From Zancudomyces culisetae HAW-14-8 (taxonomy: Eukaryota; Fungi; Kickxellomycota), in NCBI GenBank assembly GCA_052426225.1, contig JBNJNM010000011.1:744001-808000 (forward strand): a DNA stretch of 64,000 bases, read 5' to 3'. The notes below the pieces were generated by a model. That model did no database searches. It saw only the letters and a list, made by a program, of their open reading frames with translations, and was not told the DNA's origin. Made by a program: the position numbers and the translations under genes. Shown piece after piece: positions 61,659-64,000 of this stretch (the first letter of the stretch is position 1; each line of letters starts with the position of its first letter).

Positions 61659-63203
61659 TTAGTTACTGCTACAAAGTCCTCCTGCGAGTTTTCTCTTTTC
61701 TTCCTCCAATTGCTGGTATAAAAAGGCTAGGGTGGAACCGCCGCTATGGTTGCCATGAACATTGTTAGCGAGCGCGGTAGTGATCCTAGAATCGCTTAGG
61801 GATGATCTGAAATTTAAATCGCTATTACTGCCGGTCTTCAAGCCCATAGAGGAACGATTCTCTAGAAGAGAGTTATCATCAAATCCTCTAATGATTTGGC
61901 TATACGCATTTATGTTACCCAATTTATATTTGACTATATCACTATCAGCACTCCCGGTACTGTCGACACTACCACTGTTGCTGGCATTGTCGTTGAATTG
62001 GCTGATGTCATCAGTTAGAGGTAAAATGTTGGACGTTGATTGACGCATTCTTTCAACGCCAAAGACAGGATGCTCAGAAAAGATGCTTTTCCTGTTGTTG
62101 TTGTTGTTGATGTTGATGTTGTTGTTGTTGGGGGTAGGAAACGCTACCAAGGTTTGTGAACGCAGTCTCGAAAAATTTCGTATACTGGATAGCGGGGTTT
62201 TGACTTCAGGGGTAGCAGTACTAGATACATTTTTCGCGAGTGAATTTGTAAGAAGTTGAGAACTAGGGAATAGTGAGGGTTGCGATGGTTGCGATGGTTG
62301 AGAGGGTGGGAGAGGATGGAATGGCGTTTCTGTGGACTGTGTGCCGTTGTTATTGAGATGAGAGCGTGGGATACCGAATGGGGTTGCGGAAAATCCAAAA
62401 GATGTGGTCTGTGCCCGCCTCCGATTTCCGATGCTCAATTCGTTTTCTGATATTCCACCAGTACTACAGGAAGTAGATTTTAAGCTTGTGCTATTGATTT
62501 TTACAAGGCTTGAATAATGATCCACATCAATGTGTAACTCTGGATTGTAGTGTACAGTTCCGTAGCTACGGGTTGAGTCACCCATCAGGTACCTGGATAT
62601 TTCTTGCACTGCTAGTTTTATTCCATCAGGACGTCCGTAAATTTCCACAACTCTCTCTGTCGATTGAGGAAGCAATCCTTTTGGTGACACAATTCTTGTG
62701 TTTGAGTTATGCTGAATATTGTGAATATTCAATCCCTGTTTTCCGATAATTGTCCCCACCATCAAATGTGATACAAGCAGTCTTACCAAAACCAGGTTTT
62801 CTGTGTTGAAGCTTCTATCCTTAATTTTTGAAAAATCAGTGACCACTATAAACTCGGAGAGTATTTGTGCAATATCATAAAATGCGTTTCCAAGCATCTC
62901 TTCATTTCCTGTTATGGTCAAGATGCGGTTGTTTGACCCTGGAACTAGCTTTGAAACATTTGCTTTAATTTCGTACTTGCCTCTTAGGTCTGTTATTCTC
63001 GATCCTGATTTTCCTATGATCACGCCAGCTTCTTTGCAGGTGACAAGCGCTCTCAATGCCAGCTTCCCCCCCTTTCCTTTACTTTCTGTAAAGTATGCAT
63101 CTTCCTGTAAAGTACTTGTGCTACTTTGTGCTACTGGGTGGCGTTCTGGCCTGACAAAAGCACCACTTTCGTAGCTTGTAGTTATACCGTTGTTTATGTT
63201 CAT
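61659..63203 (-). CDS. KH-domain RNA-binding protein (Hek2/Pbp2/hnRNP K-like); first ATG at 63203
   Basis: KH1 LRALVTCKEAGVIIGKSG...RILTITG; KH2 VRLLVSHLMVGTIIGKQG...LPQSTERVVEI; then a long S/T/N low-complexity tail. Confidence 0.85.
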   Translation of the reverse strand: MNINNGITTSYESGAFVRPERHPVAQSSTSTLQEDAYFTESKGKGGKLALRALVTCKEAGVIIGKSGSRITDLRGKYEIKANVSKLVPGSNNRILTITGNEEMLGNAFYDIAQILSEFIVVTDFSKIKDRSFNTENLVLVRLLVSHLMVGTIIGKQGLNIHNIQHNSNTRIVSPKGLLPQSTERVVEIYGRPDGIKLAVQEISRYLMGDSTRSYGTVHYNPELHIDVDHYSSLVKINSTSLKSTSCSTGGISENELSIGNRRRAQTTSFGFSATPFGIPRSHLNNNGTQSTETPFHPLPPSQPSQPSQPSLFPSSQLLTNSLAKNVSSTATPEVKTPLSSIRNFSRLRSQTLVAFPTPNNNNININNNNNRKSIFSEHPVFGVERMRQSTSNILPLTDDISQFNDNASNSGSVDSTGSADSDIVKYKLGNINAYSQIIRGFDDNSLLENRSSMGLKTGSNSDLNFRSSLSDSRITTALANNVHGNHSGGSTLAFLYQQLEEEKRKLAGGLCSSN

Positions 63204-64000
63204 TTTTTCGAGTTTTGACACTTTATTCTTCCCTTCTAAATCAGTAGTTATGGTTATGTTTATGGTTTTGGTTGTAGATATAGGGGCAATGCCTGTTTAA
63301 TTCGTTCCGCGGTTAAAATTAGAGTGCAAAAAAAGCAGCAAAAGTGTTGCAGTTAGGTTTTTGTAATATAACGGTTCGATCGAGGGTTGGGGTATTATTG
63401 TGTTTCTAAGGGAGAGTAATTTCAATCTATGCAGATGTTGTGTGTGTCTGGGATATTGTACTGACCTCCTTCCTTTATTATGCTTTGTTCTACCCTACCT
63501 CGTTATGTTACAAGAAGTTGGATATATGTAAAAAACAGCGGTATTGATGGGAGGGGAAGGGTGAAAATATACTATGCTTCTGCTCGGGTAGATAGAAATC
63601 ACAAGAATAGAAAAAGAACGTGGACTGTAAAAGTTGCACTTGAGATTCTGAAAAAGTGAAAGAGGTGTTTTTCTTTATTATGTGGAATTCAGTTCTTTTT
63701 TATTCACCTTTCCTATTCTGTTTGCTGTTCTTTATTTTCCTGTTTGCTGCTTTCTATTCCTTTAGATTTTTTTTCTTTGGACAGAAACATCTTTACTTTT
63801 CCAAGATTAGCAATGTCCAAGTTTTTTTTTTTTTTGAATGACCTTTTTATCTAATTTAAATCCCTTGCAATTACTAAAGTCAAATTTACTAAAAAATATC
63901 CATTCCACCCACGCTTTTCCCCAATTTTCTTGTGACCCTTTAGCGAACATATTTCCAATGTATTTCACTTTTCCAGTTTACGTACCTTGATTTTTTAACA

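Noticed and set aside
61659-61673. C-terminal CSSN of the KH protein as a CaaX prenylation signal
   Set aside because: Non-aliphatic middle residues and no family precedent known to me; likely chance.
1-64000. Selenoprotein (in-frame UGA), SECIS or tRNA-Sec, considered because some early-diverging fungi use selenocysteine
   Set aside because: No reconstructed gene needed an in-frame TGA. The hairpin near 14940-14980 has too short a spacing for a SECIS. Checked by eye only; a SECISearch/tRNAscan run would be decisive.
1-64000. U12-type or other non-canonical introns, frameshifts and alternative genetic code
   Set aside because: All introns I reconstructed were GT-AG without a GTATCCTT donor, and conserved proteins translate correctly with the standard code.

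Overview
AT-rich, intron-rich eukaryotic (fungal) DNA with about 21 protein-coding genes and short GT-AG introns. I found no tRNA, rRNA, CRISPR array or recognisable transposon. Gene content (WDR91, RAB5IF, SZRD1, M36 fungalysin, a CBM19-like secreted protein) and base composition suggest an early-diverging fungus, probably Zoopagomycota such as an insect-gut Harpellales; this is inference only. Most genes are housekeeping: CGR1, a SWI/SNF SWIB subunit, WDR91, DPH2, cystathionine beta-lyase, MTG2, MEF2, TBCC, ELP6, VPS55, ornithine aminotransferase, a CobW/Zng1 GTPase, kinesin-1, UTP18, RRP36 and a KH-domain protein. The most novel-looking items are: (1) a secreted, apparently Kex2-processed tripartite precursor with a Cys-rich CBM19-like module and a C-terminal bundle of repeated amphipathic/hydrophobic helices (30.3-31.5 kb); (2) a P-loop kinase fused to an unknown 47-aa tandem repeat; (3) an F-box/LRR protein with an acidic tract and a PFU-like tail; (4) a HEK2-like protein with an eroded third KH domain; (5) adjacent pairs of functionally linked genes, plus An-Tn (RRPE-like) motifs in several promoters; and (6) A-rich 3' splice sites lacking polypyrimidine tracts. 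Exon boundaries were read by eye and family calls come from motif recognition, not database searches.
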